From positions 26,412,001 to 26,476,000 of the forward strand of contig OX597819.1 in assembly GCA_951406725.2 (NCBI GenBank): 64,000 nucleotides of DNA, written 5' to 3'. The notes beneath the pieces are model-generated. The model searched no databases, had not been told where the DNA came from, and worked only from the letters and a program-made list of their open reading frames with translations. The DNA comes from Octopus vulgaris (taxonomy: Eukaryota). Shown here in pieces: positions 29,064-43,165 of this stretch (its first letter is position 1; the number at the start of each line of letters is the position of its first letter). A program made the position numbers and the translations under genes.

Positions 29064-31303
29064 TTTGATCTATTTTGGTACTGTGTAAGTTTGAATTTTT
29101 TTTTCTTTCGAGCAACGTACTTGTATTAAATTTTGTTTGTCATGTATAGTTGTAGCAGTTATTGGTGCCTGTAAGTGACATGACCTTATGTATATTACCT
29201 TCACATTATATTATATTAAAGCGTTGGTTATCTGTTTACTACAAATTCAGTCAGGTGACAATTTGTTCTTTCATGCTATGGAGATTCACATAATTGTCTG
29301 TCTTCTTAATACTTGCAATAATTCCATCCTTTAATACCTGCGTTTCATTCAGAGGATGCAGTATCTAGCCTCTCACTACATTTCTTATTCTTTCTAGCAT
29401 CTTTGTTCTCTCATTTTCAGTCTCTCTGTCTTCTCTGTAGAGGAATAGAATAAATCATATATAGGAATATTATATTGCTATATTTGTTAACAGTAAAGCT
29501 ACAGAAATAAATAAATGTCAACGTTCTTTTTATATCCCCCGTTCATACCATCAAACGTATTACACACACACATTCACATACTTCGGTGTGAAGGCGCGTC
29601 CGTATGTGTGTGTGTGTTCTTTCGTAAGCAAGTTTTACGGAGCTAATCCTGTTTCGCTTCTCAGAGAAATGAAACGGAATTAATTCCGCAAAACTCACCT
29701 AATAAAAACATTTCTTTCACTCAGCTTCCTCAAGTCACATTGGGTACTTTGTTTTGTATCCGAAACCTTCCTTTTCCAGAAATATAAGGGCATGTGCGTG
29801 TGTGTATGCGCATGCATGTAACACACACACACACATGTATGTATGTATGTATGTAACCTACAGCCGTCACTCACAAGCAAGTATGAAATATGATTCGACA
29901 TGAGCAGTCACGCTTTCTCTAATTGCTTTCGGTTATTATGCATGCAGTAGACAGCAGATATAGGCATCTTCTCAGCCTCTCCAAACTTAACCTAGCGGAG
30001 CATCCAGACTGCAAAAGCTGAATGGAAAGAAGCGAGAACACTCGGCTGGTAATCATTTCTGCTATGTAGTCTACAGCAACATGAAAACGACGTGCTATGC
30101 TGAAGAGTATGAAATAATGCCGGGTCTACAAGTCGAACGTACATCCTTATAATCATGAGCATACACACTAATTTCTATGCTATGTACGTAAACACACATA
30201 CACACACACACGCACGCATACACACACACACACACAAGTACGTATGGCTATTTTCAACGTCTCTCAGTGCGCTGTAATGTTTGGTAGAAAGTGATAGTGT
30301 GACGAAGGTCAAGACTGCCTTATCTTAGTTTAACATCACATCAGGTTTAATCTATCAAACCTACATTATCAAAGATATTCCAGTCATGACCATCCCAGCT
30401 GTTTTTCAACAAACACTGTGGTCAGTATATTTTTCTTTTTAAAGAAGTTAAGCAATACTGTCTCTGATAGAATTGGTGACTTATTAAAAGCCCTTTCGTT
30501 GGCTTGTTAATTCTTCATTTCAGTTAATGGTCCATCTCTGTTCCTATTTCACAGTCAGCAGAGGTCCCGGAAGTATGCCTTCCAGTATTTAAATATATAG
30601 CTTTCTATACTCAAAATTTCATTTTGTGATTTTTATTCTTTCGGTGTCGATGAATAAAATCTCAGTAATGTACTGGGGTATATTTACTCGATTCCTTACT
30701 GTACCTAAATATGACGTTGAACTTCTGGAGGGATTTAAGTTGCCAAAGCAAAATAGAATAAAATGATTTCAAGAAAGCGATAAAAAGTATGGTGCTGCAC
30801 AGAACAGATGGCAGCCCAGATTTCGGCGGACAGATAAGAGGCACATCAAGAGTGAAACTAGAATTAATACTAAAGATGTTATGTTAGAAATCCGTCTAAT
30901 TATTGTAAAAGGCTGCGATAAATACTGGGGAGGATTTCGAATCCTGCCACAACTATAACGGAGGGTCAATAAAGTAAAAACATCGATTGACTTCCTTATG
31001 CAATTCGAGTGATTTTTGTGTTCTAGAAACACTTACAATCATTTAAAAGACGATAAATATTAGAATTGATAGAGTATCACACAAAATACCTTTCGGTATT
31101 GAGACACACCTGCGGTTTTCTCGGGTAGAAAACTATCGAAATCTACTTTATCTTTCTCTATCCGGGGTGCATAAAATATAACCCTGTTCAAGTTCTGAAG
31201 TTGAAGGAATTGTCGAACGCCCTTCGTTCAAAAATATCTGGCTTTGTACCTAAATCAGTAACAATTATTATTATTATTATTATTATTAATAATATTATTA
31301 TTA

Positions 31304-31744
31304 AGGCGACCAGCTGGCAGAGCTGTTAGCAGGGCAGACGAAATTTTTAACGGTATCTCCTCCGTCATTCGTTCTGAGTTCAAATTCCGCCGCAGTTGAC
31401 TTTGCCTTTCATCATTTTAGAGCTGATAAATTAAATACCAGTGAAATACTGGGGTTGATGTAATCAAACTAGCTCCCCCCACAATTTCAGGCCTTGTGCC
31501 TTTAATAGAAAGGATTATCATTATTATCAAGGCGGCGACCTGGCTGAATCTTTAGCATGACGGGCGAAATTTTTAACAGCATTTCGTCCAACTTCTCGTT
31601 CTGAGTTCAAATTCCGCCGAGGTCGACTTTGCCTTTCCTCCTTTCGGAGTTGATAAATTAAGTACCGGTTGCGTACTGGGGTCGATCTAATCGACAGGCC
31701 ACCTCCCTCCACATTTCAGGTCTTGTGCCTATAGTAGAAAGGGC

Positions 31745-31783
<39 letters not shown>

Positions 31784-33760
31784 GGCGGGCTGGCAGAATT
31801 GTTAACACGAGCAAATTTCTTAGCATTTTATCTGTAGTTATAAGTACTGAGTTCAAATTCTGCCGACGCCGACTTTGCCTTTCATCCTTTCGAGTCGATA
31901 GAATAATTAATTACCAGTGAAACACTGGGGTTGATGTAATCGGCTAGTCCTCTCCCCCACCAAATTTGAGGCCTTGTGCCTCCAGTAGAAATGATTATTA
32001 TTATTATTATTATTATTATTATAGAATATTTAGCACACCCTACAAAAAGCGTAGCGGCATTTCGTCCGTTTAAATGTTTTATGTTCAAATTCCGCTGAGA
32101 TCGACCTTGCTCATCATCCACCTGGGTTCGATAAAATAAGTACCAGTTGAACACTGGAGTCGATATAATCGACTTACTGCCATCTCCAAACTTGCTGGCC
32201 CCGTGCCAAAATGTGAATCCATTATTATTCTTATGAAAGGAAGAACTTGACGAATCGTTAGCACCATAGTAAAAATGCTAAGTGGCAGTTCGTCTGTCCT
32301 CGCATTCTGAGTACTAATTGTAAGGGCGATATTGTGAGCATCTTACCTACAGTGACAAGGAGCGAAATTCTTCAATGGTTGTCACAGGACTACCATTTTT
32401 TCTTTTCTCTTGTAGAGATGGAACACGATAGTATCCTTGAGCTCCTGAGGAATAATGGTATAAAAGAGATTGGTGAGATTCTGGGCCAAGAGTGGTCTGA
32501 TTGCTTGTATATTTCAGCTGGGGAAAAGTCAGAGCATGATGAAGCTTAATTACCTTCTGGGTTACTGCTTCCTTTGGAGGCTCTGCAAGAAATGAGTTGA
32601 TGTCAACTTGGGGACGTGAGTGATGATCTCAGTATTGATAGAGGAAAACATGTTCAAGACACTGTTGAATTGCTCTTCCAACCTTTCAAAGATTGAATTT
32701 TTCCTCACTGTCACTACTTAGAAGACTTATGTCAAGAGCCAACCTGCCCTGCAGAAGCCATTGTAAAACCAGCTATCACTGTCGAAGAAGAAACCCTAAA
32801 CACTGATGATGAGTTCATGTATCTCTGCAACACGATCTCCAGGTCTGTGAATATTAAAGATAAGGACGACATTCGAATCGCCAAGAGAAGCTCATCATTC
32901 ATATGGTTATGTGATTCACTGTGAGGAAGGATCGATATTAGGCTATCTATCAAGTTGAAGATGCACCAAGCAGTTGTACCATCTTCTCTACATTACACCT
33001 GTGACACACAGGCGGTTTATGAAAGCCATGGTGAAAGACTGAACTGCTTCTTTTTGTACTACCGAGACAGCTGTTGCAAATTTACTTGCAAGACAATGTC
33101 CCCATCACAGATATCTTCTCTCGAGTCGAACTGTAAAGCATCTACACACTGCTGAAGAGAGGGCAAGTGAGGGTGGCAGGTCACCTTGTCCGAATGCCCA
33201 ACACACATATCTCCTAGAGACTGTACTGGAGTAAACTGGTGGAAAGCAAGTGCATGTAACGTGAAGACAAAATGCGGTTGAATTATGACACAGTCAAAGC
33301 CTCATTGAAGAAATTTGAGATCAACCCAGACACATGGGGAAACAAGCCAAGAACCGCTCTGCCTTGCGAAGCGGTACCAGCAGAGGATCCACTTTCTACG
33401 AACAGAATTCAAAGATAATGCCAACTGTTCAAGTGTAAAGTCAACTGTCTATCGCCAAGGCAAATATGTGCAAGACCTGCAATAGAGCCTTCCGATCAAG
33501 CATCAGTCTGATCAACCACAGCCGGACACACCTTGCTTCATCTTTGTTTCCAATGTGATGTTCTTGGTCACTGCCGACCGACGAATGAACGTTCTGAGTT
33601 CAAATGCCGCCGAGGTCGACTTGACACGTTCTCCTTTCGGAGTCGATGAAGTAAGTACCAGTGCACACTGGGACTGGGATATATGTAACTGCCTAGCCAC
33701 TTCGACCCCAATTTCAGGCCTTGTGCCTACAAAAGGATTATTATTATTATTATTATTAAA
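31304..33760 (+). mobile_element. Tandem array of ~5 SINE-A-type units separated by (ATT)n tails, interrupted by an RTE LINE
   Basis: Units begin AAGGCG(G/A)C or equivalent at ~31304, 31530, 31783, ~32020 and ~32238. The last unit resumes at 33590 after the LINE. Confidence 0.85.
32319..33589 (+). mobile_element. Decayed RTE/BovB-like LINE with inverted 5' segment
   Basis: Plus strand ~32610-33400: QPA..KPAITV..EFMYLCNTISR..IRIAK..IKLKMHQAVVPSSLHYTCDT..SIYTLLKRGQVRVAGHLVRMP..DTVKASLKKFEINPDTW. Minus strand 32325-32550: PAEIYK..IPQELKDTIVFHLYKRK..SCDNH*RISLL..VGKML. Degenerate TSD around TTCTGAGT (32305-32312 / 33592-33599). Confidence 0.85.
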
Positions 33761-34839
33761 GCAATGAACTAGCAGAATCGTTGGAATGCCAAATAAAATG
33801 ACCTCGGGTATTTCTTCTGTGTTTTGAGCTGAGTTCTAGGTAGGGTCTAATTTGCTTTTCATTTCCTTGTTAATGTACTACTCAAGAACTACAATTTATA
33901 GAATTTAGTAAACCTTTTCCCTTCAAAAATTTCTGGTTCTTTATCCCCTAAAGATGAAGGGCAAAAGCAATTTTTCGACTTTCTAACGAATCTGTCAAAT
34001 CCCCAAAGAATTATATACGTAATGTTTCGTATTAATTACGTTCGCAGACTCATAATAGTATCAACTAATGCTAATTTCTCATCACAGAAGTGTTAAAGAC
34101 AAATACGAACTTGGAATGATTTCAAATGAGTATCATTGAAAGAAAAAGCATTTGTTAATCATATCTGAGGCTCAAATTCAAGATAACTTATAATGTTGTC
34201 TGTTCATGTTTGCTCGACTTACGAGTATTTGCAATAGACGCCAGATCTTTATCTCACAATACAGTGTTAAGAACCAAAGGACACCATATAAGGTTATCTT
34301 TAACCTTAAGGATGTTTATGCCCATGGCAAATCTACACACAAAAACAAGATCAGCTGATTCACTATAGTCTCCTACGCAGTTTCTGTCACATAAAGGGTT
34401 TGATTCACCCGATGATATGTCAGAACACATATGCTGAAGGTATGGCGACACTGATTCTAAAAAGACGTTGGCGGGAAAGTATTTGATCATAGATTTGTGA
34501 GACTAGATTTGTTAAATTAGATTTATTCAGGATCTAGACATCAAGAATACGAACAACAAATTGACTTCCAACATCACAATTAATGGAATTTCTCTCCCTG
34601 CCACTTCATTAACTCATTCTTATTCAGTTTGCTTTCGTTTATAGAGTTCGTCTATCATTTATTTGTGTTATTTGTGTACTTGTTTTCATTGTTTGACATT
34701 AAATGCCTTATAATAATACACTGTAATTGGTGGCTAATACTCAAGAGAAAGAATATAATTCCCAGCTACTAGTCATTGAACAGAGGAATAAAATGTCAGA
34801 GTGACAGAATAATTGAAAATTATATATATTACAGATATA

Positions 34840-34886
<47 letters not shown>

Positions 34887-35012
34887 GAGTATATACACGC
34901 AAAAGCTTGAAGACACAGACGCATACCAACATATAATACCGGAGATATATGCGAAGGAAGAAGCTTCTGCGCGATAATTTTCCTTGCCAGATTAACAGCC
35001 AAATCCTATATC

Positions 35013-35088
<76 letters not shown>

Positions 35089-35419
35089 CTATATATATAG
35101 ACACTCGAAAACCACGTGGTTTTGAGTTCAGTCCTACTGAATGGATTCTAGGGCAAGTGTCTTCTATTATGGCCACAGTCCCATCAATGCTTTTGCAGTG
35201 AATTTCATTAATGAAAATTGACGCGAAGCATGTAGTGTGTGTGTGTGTGTGTGCGTGCGTGCATGTGCCATCCCTCCACCGTTAAGAGAACATGTTTCAA
35301 TGGCTACAGTCATGTAAAACTATGCAAAACCTCGGAGAAAGAAACCTAGTTGTTTAATGCAATAAATACATATAAAAGCAAAATTCATTAATGGACACTT
35401 AAAATTATTCTAGTGTGAA

Positions 35420-35513
35420 TCCCCAATTTACTACTTTGCTTGTGTGGACCCCACCCCAAAAAAACTATATATTGACCCCCATGTGTCATATGGACCCCGG
35501 GTGAAAACCACTG
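35420..35513 (-). mobile_element. Isolated hAT (Charlie-like) terminus
   Basis: Minus strand begins CAGTGGTTTTCACCCGGGGTCCAT..GGGGGTC, resembling CAGTGGTTCTCAAC-type TIRs with GGGGTCC subterminal repeats. No partner TIR seen. Confidence 0.45.
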
Positions 35514-35559
35514 ATCTAAATCGAAAATTTTATTTTAATTTAAGTTCACGAAGAAATAT

Positions 35560-35997
35560 TGTGTACGCTTGTGTTAAAATGCTTGAAAACATGTGTCTGT
35601 GTGCTGTATGCCGATCTTGCATATGTCATGCGTCTTTGTAAGCTGGGTGAGGTCATACTGGGTGAGGCCGTCAGTTCGCTTTTATTCGTATGCACGTGCT
35701 CAAGTGAATATAAGAGAATATGTATGTGATACTGGCTTTTTGTGACTTGTCCCAGAAGTAATCCACTAACATGGTGGAGGAACAGGCAACACAAGAGGGG
35801 AATTCCATTTCACGATATGTTTCTATCATCGTTACCAATACTCATAATATATATATATTATATTCTCTTATATCCACTTGAGCCAGTATCACTTACATAT
35901 TCTCTTATATTCACTTGAGCACGTGCATACGAATTAACACGAACTGACGGCCTCACCCAGCCACATATTTTCAAGCATTTTCACGCAAGCATACACA
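35560..35997. mobile_element. Foldback/MITE-like element with long inverted repeats
   Basis: ~35560-35595 is the inverted copy of ~35962-35997, and ~35658-35738 of 35881-35960. No clear TSD. Confidence 0.7.
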
Positions 35998-38572
35998 TAA
36001 TTCCCAATACAACTTTTTCAAGAGCGGAAGGTTTCCCGTGTGTATCCTCGATCCCGCCTCATACACTTGGTATTTGTCAGGCTACATCTGAAACAGTAAG
36101 ACAAAGTGATCTGCATATTAGGTGGAAGGGGGGGCTAAGCTGTAGCACGGACTCATAAATGACCTGAGCGATGTTCACTGGTTGTTCAACGTTCATTTTT
36201 AGTGAATGAGCGTTCACTAGCTAGCCTGTTTATTTGTAGGTCGACGATCATTGGGACTAGTAGTTCGCTGGGTTTTTAATGGATCTAACGGCCTTGAAAT
36301 TGCTACGTAATTTTTAATTTCATTTTCACTTCCCGCCTCATTTTGTGTTCATATTTCGACCTTGTTTGTGTATTTTCTGTTGCATTTGTTATTTCCGATT
36401 TTTTGAAGATCAACATCAGTGATTTATATTATTGATTATTTAAAGAAACATCTTATTCATTTAGGGTGTAGCAACAGCGGAGGACTGAGTTCAAATCAAT
36501 TTTACCTTACATTGTTTCAGGTTCTATAATTTAAAGAACCATTTCTTCATATTTCGATGAGACAAATTGCGCTGTTTAATCCAGCTCTTTCAGTTCTGTG
36601 TTCTTGGATTTTAAATGTAATCCACTTAATCCTTTTCTTGCATTAGCTTTACCGCGTGGTTCTTAGATGCCTTTCCTAGAGTTCTCTCTATTGCCATCTT
36701 TGTAAACAGGTTTCCAGTTCGCGGAAAATATCCCCATTTCTCCACATCCATGTCGAACGTTCTGGTATGTATTATTGAGGCGAACTACCGGAAATATAGA
36801 TAAAAAAAAAGCACTTTGACTGAATGCAAAAAAAAATGTAAGAAAACTATGGTAGTTTAAGCTAAAGCTGTTGATGAATGTATGTGTATATCTATGAGTG
36901 TAAACATTTTGTCCTTTTTTTCACTCGTAGAGATAAACAATTCCGGCCCTTTTATCACGTTTTTATTGAGAAAGAAAGTCAGAGAGACAAAGTGAGGAAA
37001 CAGGGAGAGAAATGTTTTAGTACTGTTGTTCAAAATACGAATTACGATATCAGAAACTTAATATGTTCCAGCCTGCTTTTTATAATTTAGGACTCAACTT
37101 GCTATTGAGACAATTTTACTGTTAAGATGATGGATAATTGAGAGATTTCAGTTGCTATTCTTAACTGATCGAGCGATCGTATAGTGATTACTTCATCTCA
37201 CATTGTTAGATTGTGGCCACATGTATATGGATATGTAATAATTGCACATATTGGTATGTATTATTGAGGCGAACTGCCGGAAATATATATAATAAAAATC
37301 AATGTTTTAAAACGTTATAAAATGTTTTGAAGCGTTATAAAAAAGAAATTTTACATTCGGTATGCTGAAGCTCTAACTAACGAAATTATTTTGGGAAAGG
37401 GACTATTGGAAAAAATGCCAACCCCTGTTAGATAAAGTGGTAGAAAATTAAGTGTTTTTTTTATTACTATACCATGATATCCCTACATCTTGAGAAATCT
37501 AGCCAAACGAGAAAGCCTGGGTGAGACTGCACAGCTGAAAGACATAGAGGGCCTGCTTTGCAAAATTCAAATGCTATCGAATCAAAAGAAATTAAGTACA
37601 GAAAGTCAGCCTTCGAGGGCGAATATGGTTTGGTAACATGTACCTCGATTTTCGTGATTGTTTAAGGAGGGGTCTATGTAGATGTGAGAAGGTATAGACA
37701 CACTTTTGGCCCCCTCAACTTTGACGAAACAAAACATCCAGACTGAAAAAGAGAGAAGGCAACACCAGCGTTAGAACAGAGAGAAGGCAGCACCAGTATT
37801 AGAACAGAGTGGATTAGGATCAACGGAAAATCAGGTTAATATCAATAGGACCCAACATGTCATCGGTTGTAAGAATTGAACACGCGAACTTAAGAGCATG
37901 AGCCGAACATCCAAACAAGCAGATCAGACATCTTGAGTAGTATAACCTGGTGTAAAACCCTCTCTGAAAACAATATAGGATATATAAAGAATATTTTGTC
38001 ATTAGGCGAATTAAAAATAAATTTCAAGAAAGTATGGAGGTAAATGTACACAACTGTGTTTTTTGAAAAGTGATTAAAGAAGACGAGAAATATTGGTTCG
38101 CTTAGCAACACCAAGGAATGGACATGAGGAAAGCAAGGGAGTTTATTTCCTGTAGTACCTCTATGGCACCCCTGGGCTATGGAAAATTTGTTTATCTTTT
38201 ATGGTGATGGTATTAGCTAAGGACGGAAGTTCGATTATAATTATTTGGTCGTTTCATTGGGATTATCTGTTTCTGTTGCCTGTCTTTTTTCTCGAACAAA
38301 CACACACATAGACACACACAAACATACAAACACACACATTCAGTCACACCGCGTGTATGAATATATGCCCATGTGTATTATATATGTACGTTACTTTGTT
38401 TATAAGTGTGTATATATAGGCATACATGCATTTCGTAAATGCATGCATAAGCATGCACGTGCAACCAGGTACTCGCGCACAAATAGGTGCATTTTATAAC
38501 ATCTGCCTTTATCCAATAAATTACATACAACACAATAAAAAATGCATTTCAGATGTAGAAAAACATTATCCT

Positions 38573-38636
<64 letters not shown>

Positions 38637-38704
38637 TTCAAGCACGAATCTCTATATATATACATATATATATACCCACACAAATACACGTACACACACA
38701 GAGA

Positions 38705-38772
<68 letters not shown>

Positions 38773-38884
38773 CACATACTTCTGTGGAACAAGTAATCAG
38801 AAAAGTTGTGAATATTTATATAAAGCAAAAAGCTAGTCTTGATTTTGATACGTAAAAAAGAAATCAGGTTGTGTGTGTGTGAGT

Positions 38885-38902
38885 GTAGTAGTTGTTGTTG
38901 TT

Positions 38903-38954
<52 letters not shown>

Positions 38955-39172
38955 ATTGTACTACAACATGAATGGACAGAACAATCAATGGAAAAATATC
39001 GATCAATGTGCAGATCGATAACCGAATTCTCGTTAAAGTTACCACAAACAGTGCATGGGTGAATAACCAGTAGTAGAAATATCAGGATATTTTATATATG
39101 TTTACTGTTAAATAATAATAATTATTATCATTATTATTATTATTGTGGTGGTAGTAGTAGTAGTAGTAGTGA

Positions 39173-39225
<53 letters not shown>
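38885..39225. repeat. Two (TAG)n trinucleotide tracts (~38885-38954, ~39148-39225)
   Basis: Read directly. Confidence 0.95.
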
Positions 39226-39226
<1 letters not shown>

Positions 39227-39343
39227 ATATTATTGATGTAATGGTAGTAGTTGTGATACGGAAAAAAAAAATGACATAGGACGGCTACTAGAAAACAAAG
39301 CTTCGTTTGGTTTATTTACGTTACTTTCGTATCTCTCTCAATA

Positions 39344-39382
<39 letters not shown>

Positions 39383-40242
39383 TCTGCCTCAATCCGTTTA
39401 CGGAAGCGTCTTTTGTTTTCTTTTTTTCTTTTCTGCTTTTGCTTGCTTCCCTTATCTGATATATCATATTTTTTCCCCCACACTGTGTTGTCTATCTATT
39501 ATCCATCTAGCTATGTCTTTCTGTCACTCCATACTTGCATGCTCTCTGCCACTCTTTTACGCTCAGATATGGATTGACGAGTGCGCGCACACATCTACAC
39601 GCATATAGACAACGGAGATGCTTGCGTGAATGTGACAGTGTGTGCGTATATATATATTTAGCCACAGGTGAATCTTGGTGGATCTTACTTATGATGAAAA
39701 GCATTCCACCTGTGATCCTTTTTGCTGGTCTTTTCGCCTAAGAAACACCGAGTCATAAATCAACTTGTGTTCTTACCATACTCAAGACAGTGTTGAGGGA
39801 TATTTTGCTTCTATTTACAGTAATCTTAAACAAACACGACAGGCTACCAAGATCGATTGCCTTCTTTATCTATGTTGATAATCTTATCGAGTAATTTGCT
39901 TTAACAAACCGTTTTAAAATATAATTTATTAATTTTTTTTTTACATGCAAATCTTAACTGGATAACGCTAGAGGGAAAATATTCACTAAAAATTCCACCA
40001 TTAACCGTATGGGGGCACCCTCTATAGAGAGAGGTGAGTAATAAATTAAAATGATGCTCGTTTAGCATCTCCTTAATTTGCCTCAGCTTTCTATGTTTTC
40101 ATGAATCGATGCACTGTAGAATGTAATCAAAATTTGGCTCCGGTAGAAAAGCTGTCATGGCGTTTACAGATATAGAGACGATTGCCATAGTAACGTATAG
40201 GCTGCTAGCAAATACATGATTATAGTATTGTGGTTAAATATA

Positions 40243-40303
<61 letters not shown>

Positions 40304-40865
40304 TACGTTCACATATTTTTCCTTTATGCAGTAGTTGGTGATACAATTTGCTTCACGAATTTCCTGCATGTGTGTGTGTGTGTGCACGCACACTTATTTT
40401 TAAATGTGTATGCATGTAAGCATATGTGTGTGTGTTTATAGACACTCACATGAGACTCAGAAATATGAACATATATGTGTTTTTTCTCTGAATAAGGATA
40501 TACATAAACATATACATGCATGTAAATATGTATTCAAATATGCATATCTATAGATTTATATAATATATGTATACATCTGTTTTAATATATATGCACACAC
40601 ACACACATAATTACATATATATATTCTTTCTTTCTTTCAGTCTTTTATTTGTTTCTAAAAACGGGTTTTTTTCAGTCGAAGAAATCGCCCCCAAGACTTA
40701 TTTTTTGTACGCCTAGTACTCATTCTATATCTCTCTCTTGCCGAACCGCTAAGTTACGTGGACGTATACATACCAGTATGTATTGTCAAACGATGGTGAG
40801 GGGGGCAAACACAGACACAAAGACACACTCACATAAATATATGCATATGTGTGTGTGTGTGCGTA

Positions 40866-40941
<76 letters not shown>

Positions 40942-40944
40942 TAA

Positions 40945-41366
40945 GTGAATTGAAGAAATGGAGCTGAACGCAGATTGAACAGAAATCGTTTTATTTCATT
41001 CTACACGTGTTTCGAAAGGCACAATTTCAAAATCCGATTGAATAATGGGACCATATTGACCATTTCCTATTTTCTTCCTGAAGAGAAAGACACAATATGG
41101 TCCCATTATTCAATCGGATTTTGGTAAATTGTGCCTTTCGAAACACGTGTAGAATGAAATAAAACGATTTCTGTTCAATCTGCGTTCGCTCCATTTCTTC
41201 AATTCACCAATAATATTTTAATTTCAATTATCCGCACCAACGAACGGTTGCAACACCATATGGTTGTACCTCCAACCGTGCTGTTTACTGCTGTGATTTT
41301 TGCTACTAAGGTATCGGTTAAACTTTTGATTAATCTACTACAAGATTATTCATCTTTCTATTTCAC

Positions 41367-41370
<4 letters not shown>
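40945..41370 (+). mobile_element. Hairpin-plus-tail PLE-like insertion carrying a hammerhead ribozyme, in (TA)n
   Basis: ~114-bp inverted arms 40945-41058 / 41093-41207 and a ~160-nt tail, flanked by (TA)n. Confidence 0.85.
41068..41161 (+). ncRNA. Type I hammerhead ribozyme (PLE type, palindromic stem III)
   Basis: Stem I TATTTTCTTC/GAATGAAATA. Core CTGAAGA (41078-41084). Stem II GAAAGACACAAT/ATTGTGCCTTTC. GAAA at 41140-41143. Palindromic ACACGTGT. GUA triplet, predicted cleavage after 41151. Confidence 0.85.
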
Positions 41371-41814
<444 letters not shown>

Positions 41815-41819
41815 TACAC

Positions 41820-42290
41820 GGAAGAACACAATAGAGGACATTAAACATTCGGACAGATAGACGATACGAAGGCGGACAAGAGAAACAACTATGAGAAGGA
41901 CAAGCATAAAAGATGGGTCATTCCTGACTTGCTTTTCTCAGTCAAGTTCCAGAGGTCACGACCATTTCGGACAGTTACACTTGAGATAGTTCAATCCGGT
42001 TGCCCCCCAAAAGGTCTAAGCTAAAAGCTTTAGAACCCTTTGTAAGAAAGTTAGCGAATGTGTACGGCAGCAAGGACAAAAAAAGCAAAGAAACAAAAAA
42101 ATCGGGGAACATGGTACACAGTTACGAATGCAAACAACAAGAAATGACAACAGGTGTCTTTCGACTATGAACGAATCAAATTGAGCTGGCTTGTATGAAG
42201 TGAAAGCCTAAAGGCAGGAACATAGGAGATGAACATAAGAGGTGTTGGCGGTCGGCAGTCAGGCCAAGAAAGAAAAATCATGGCTGGACG
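41820..42290. mobile_element. Unclassified insertion within SINE microsatellite (possibly PLE 3' region)
   Basis: Unique purine-skewed segment interrupting a SINE-B copy; no diagnostic motif recognised. Confidence 0.35.
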
Positions 42291-43084
42291 GACAAGCTTC
42301 TTTCAATTTCTGTCTACCACATCCACTCACATTGCTTTTGTAGGCGCCAGAATGTAGTAGAGGGTACTTGCACAAAGTGCCACGCAGTAGCACTGAACCT
42401 AGAAACAGGTGGTTGGGAAGCAAGTTTCTTAACACACAGCCGCGCCTGATTTTTATTTATATATAATTATTCATTTAGAAGGCGTTGAATTGACAGAATG
42501 CTTAGCGGTATTTCGTCCGTCTTTAAATTCTGAGTTCAAAATTCACTGATTTGTCTTTCATACTTTCGGAGTCGATAAAATGTGTACCATTTGAATTCTG
42601 GAGTTGATGTAATCGATGTATCCCACCTCCAAAGTTGCTAGTCTTGTGCTAAAATTTGAAACCTATAATCAAATATTTGATTTTAAAATACTTTTAAAAC
42701 ATCTATTATTGAAGCATCTGTACAAGGGTTATCTAAATAAATACATTTTAGCTTCTACATGCTTCAATTGATAGACTGTGTACCTACTGCGCCAGGTCTT
42801 GAAGGGCAAAATTGGTTCCCGCACTTATTTTAAGCCTAGGTCTTATACTACCCTTTCTCTTTCACTGAACTGATAAGTCTCTTGTATGTAAACCGACCAT
42901 CACCTGCTATAAGTCAGGGAACACAAAAACAAAAGGATTTCATTCAGTTTCTGTCTGGCACGTACACTCACAAGTCTTTGGTCTTCCCCAGGTAATTGTA
43001 GAACACATTTGTCCAAGGTTCCGTGCTGCGGGACTGAATCCCCTCAAAAAATAGACATGACAGCGCCTATAATATTATGTGAAG

Positions 43085-43117
<33 letters not shown>

Positions 43118-43165
43118 TATATATATATATATATATATATAAATATATATATACACACACACACA

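Noticed and set aside
29693-29720. Minus-strand TTTTTATTAG|GTGAGT (recursive-splice-like site)
   Set aside because: No minus-strand gene was identified, and a single motif is expected by chance in 64 kb.
34254-34490. 78-aa minus-strand ORF in unique sequence
   Set aside because: No recognisable homology or convincing splice sites; may be a decayed relic but cannot be supported.
39663-39715. Pre-miRNA-like hairpin CACAGGTG...CACCTGTG
   Set aside because: The stem is only ~14 bp with bulges and a large loop, too short for a canonical pre-miRNA.
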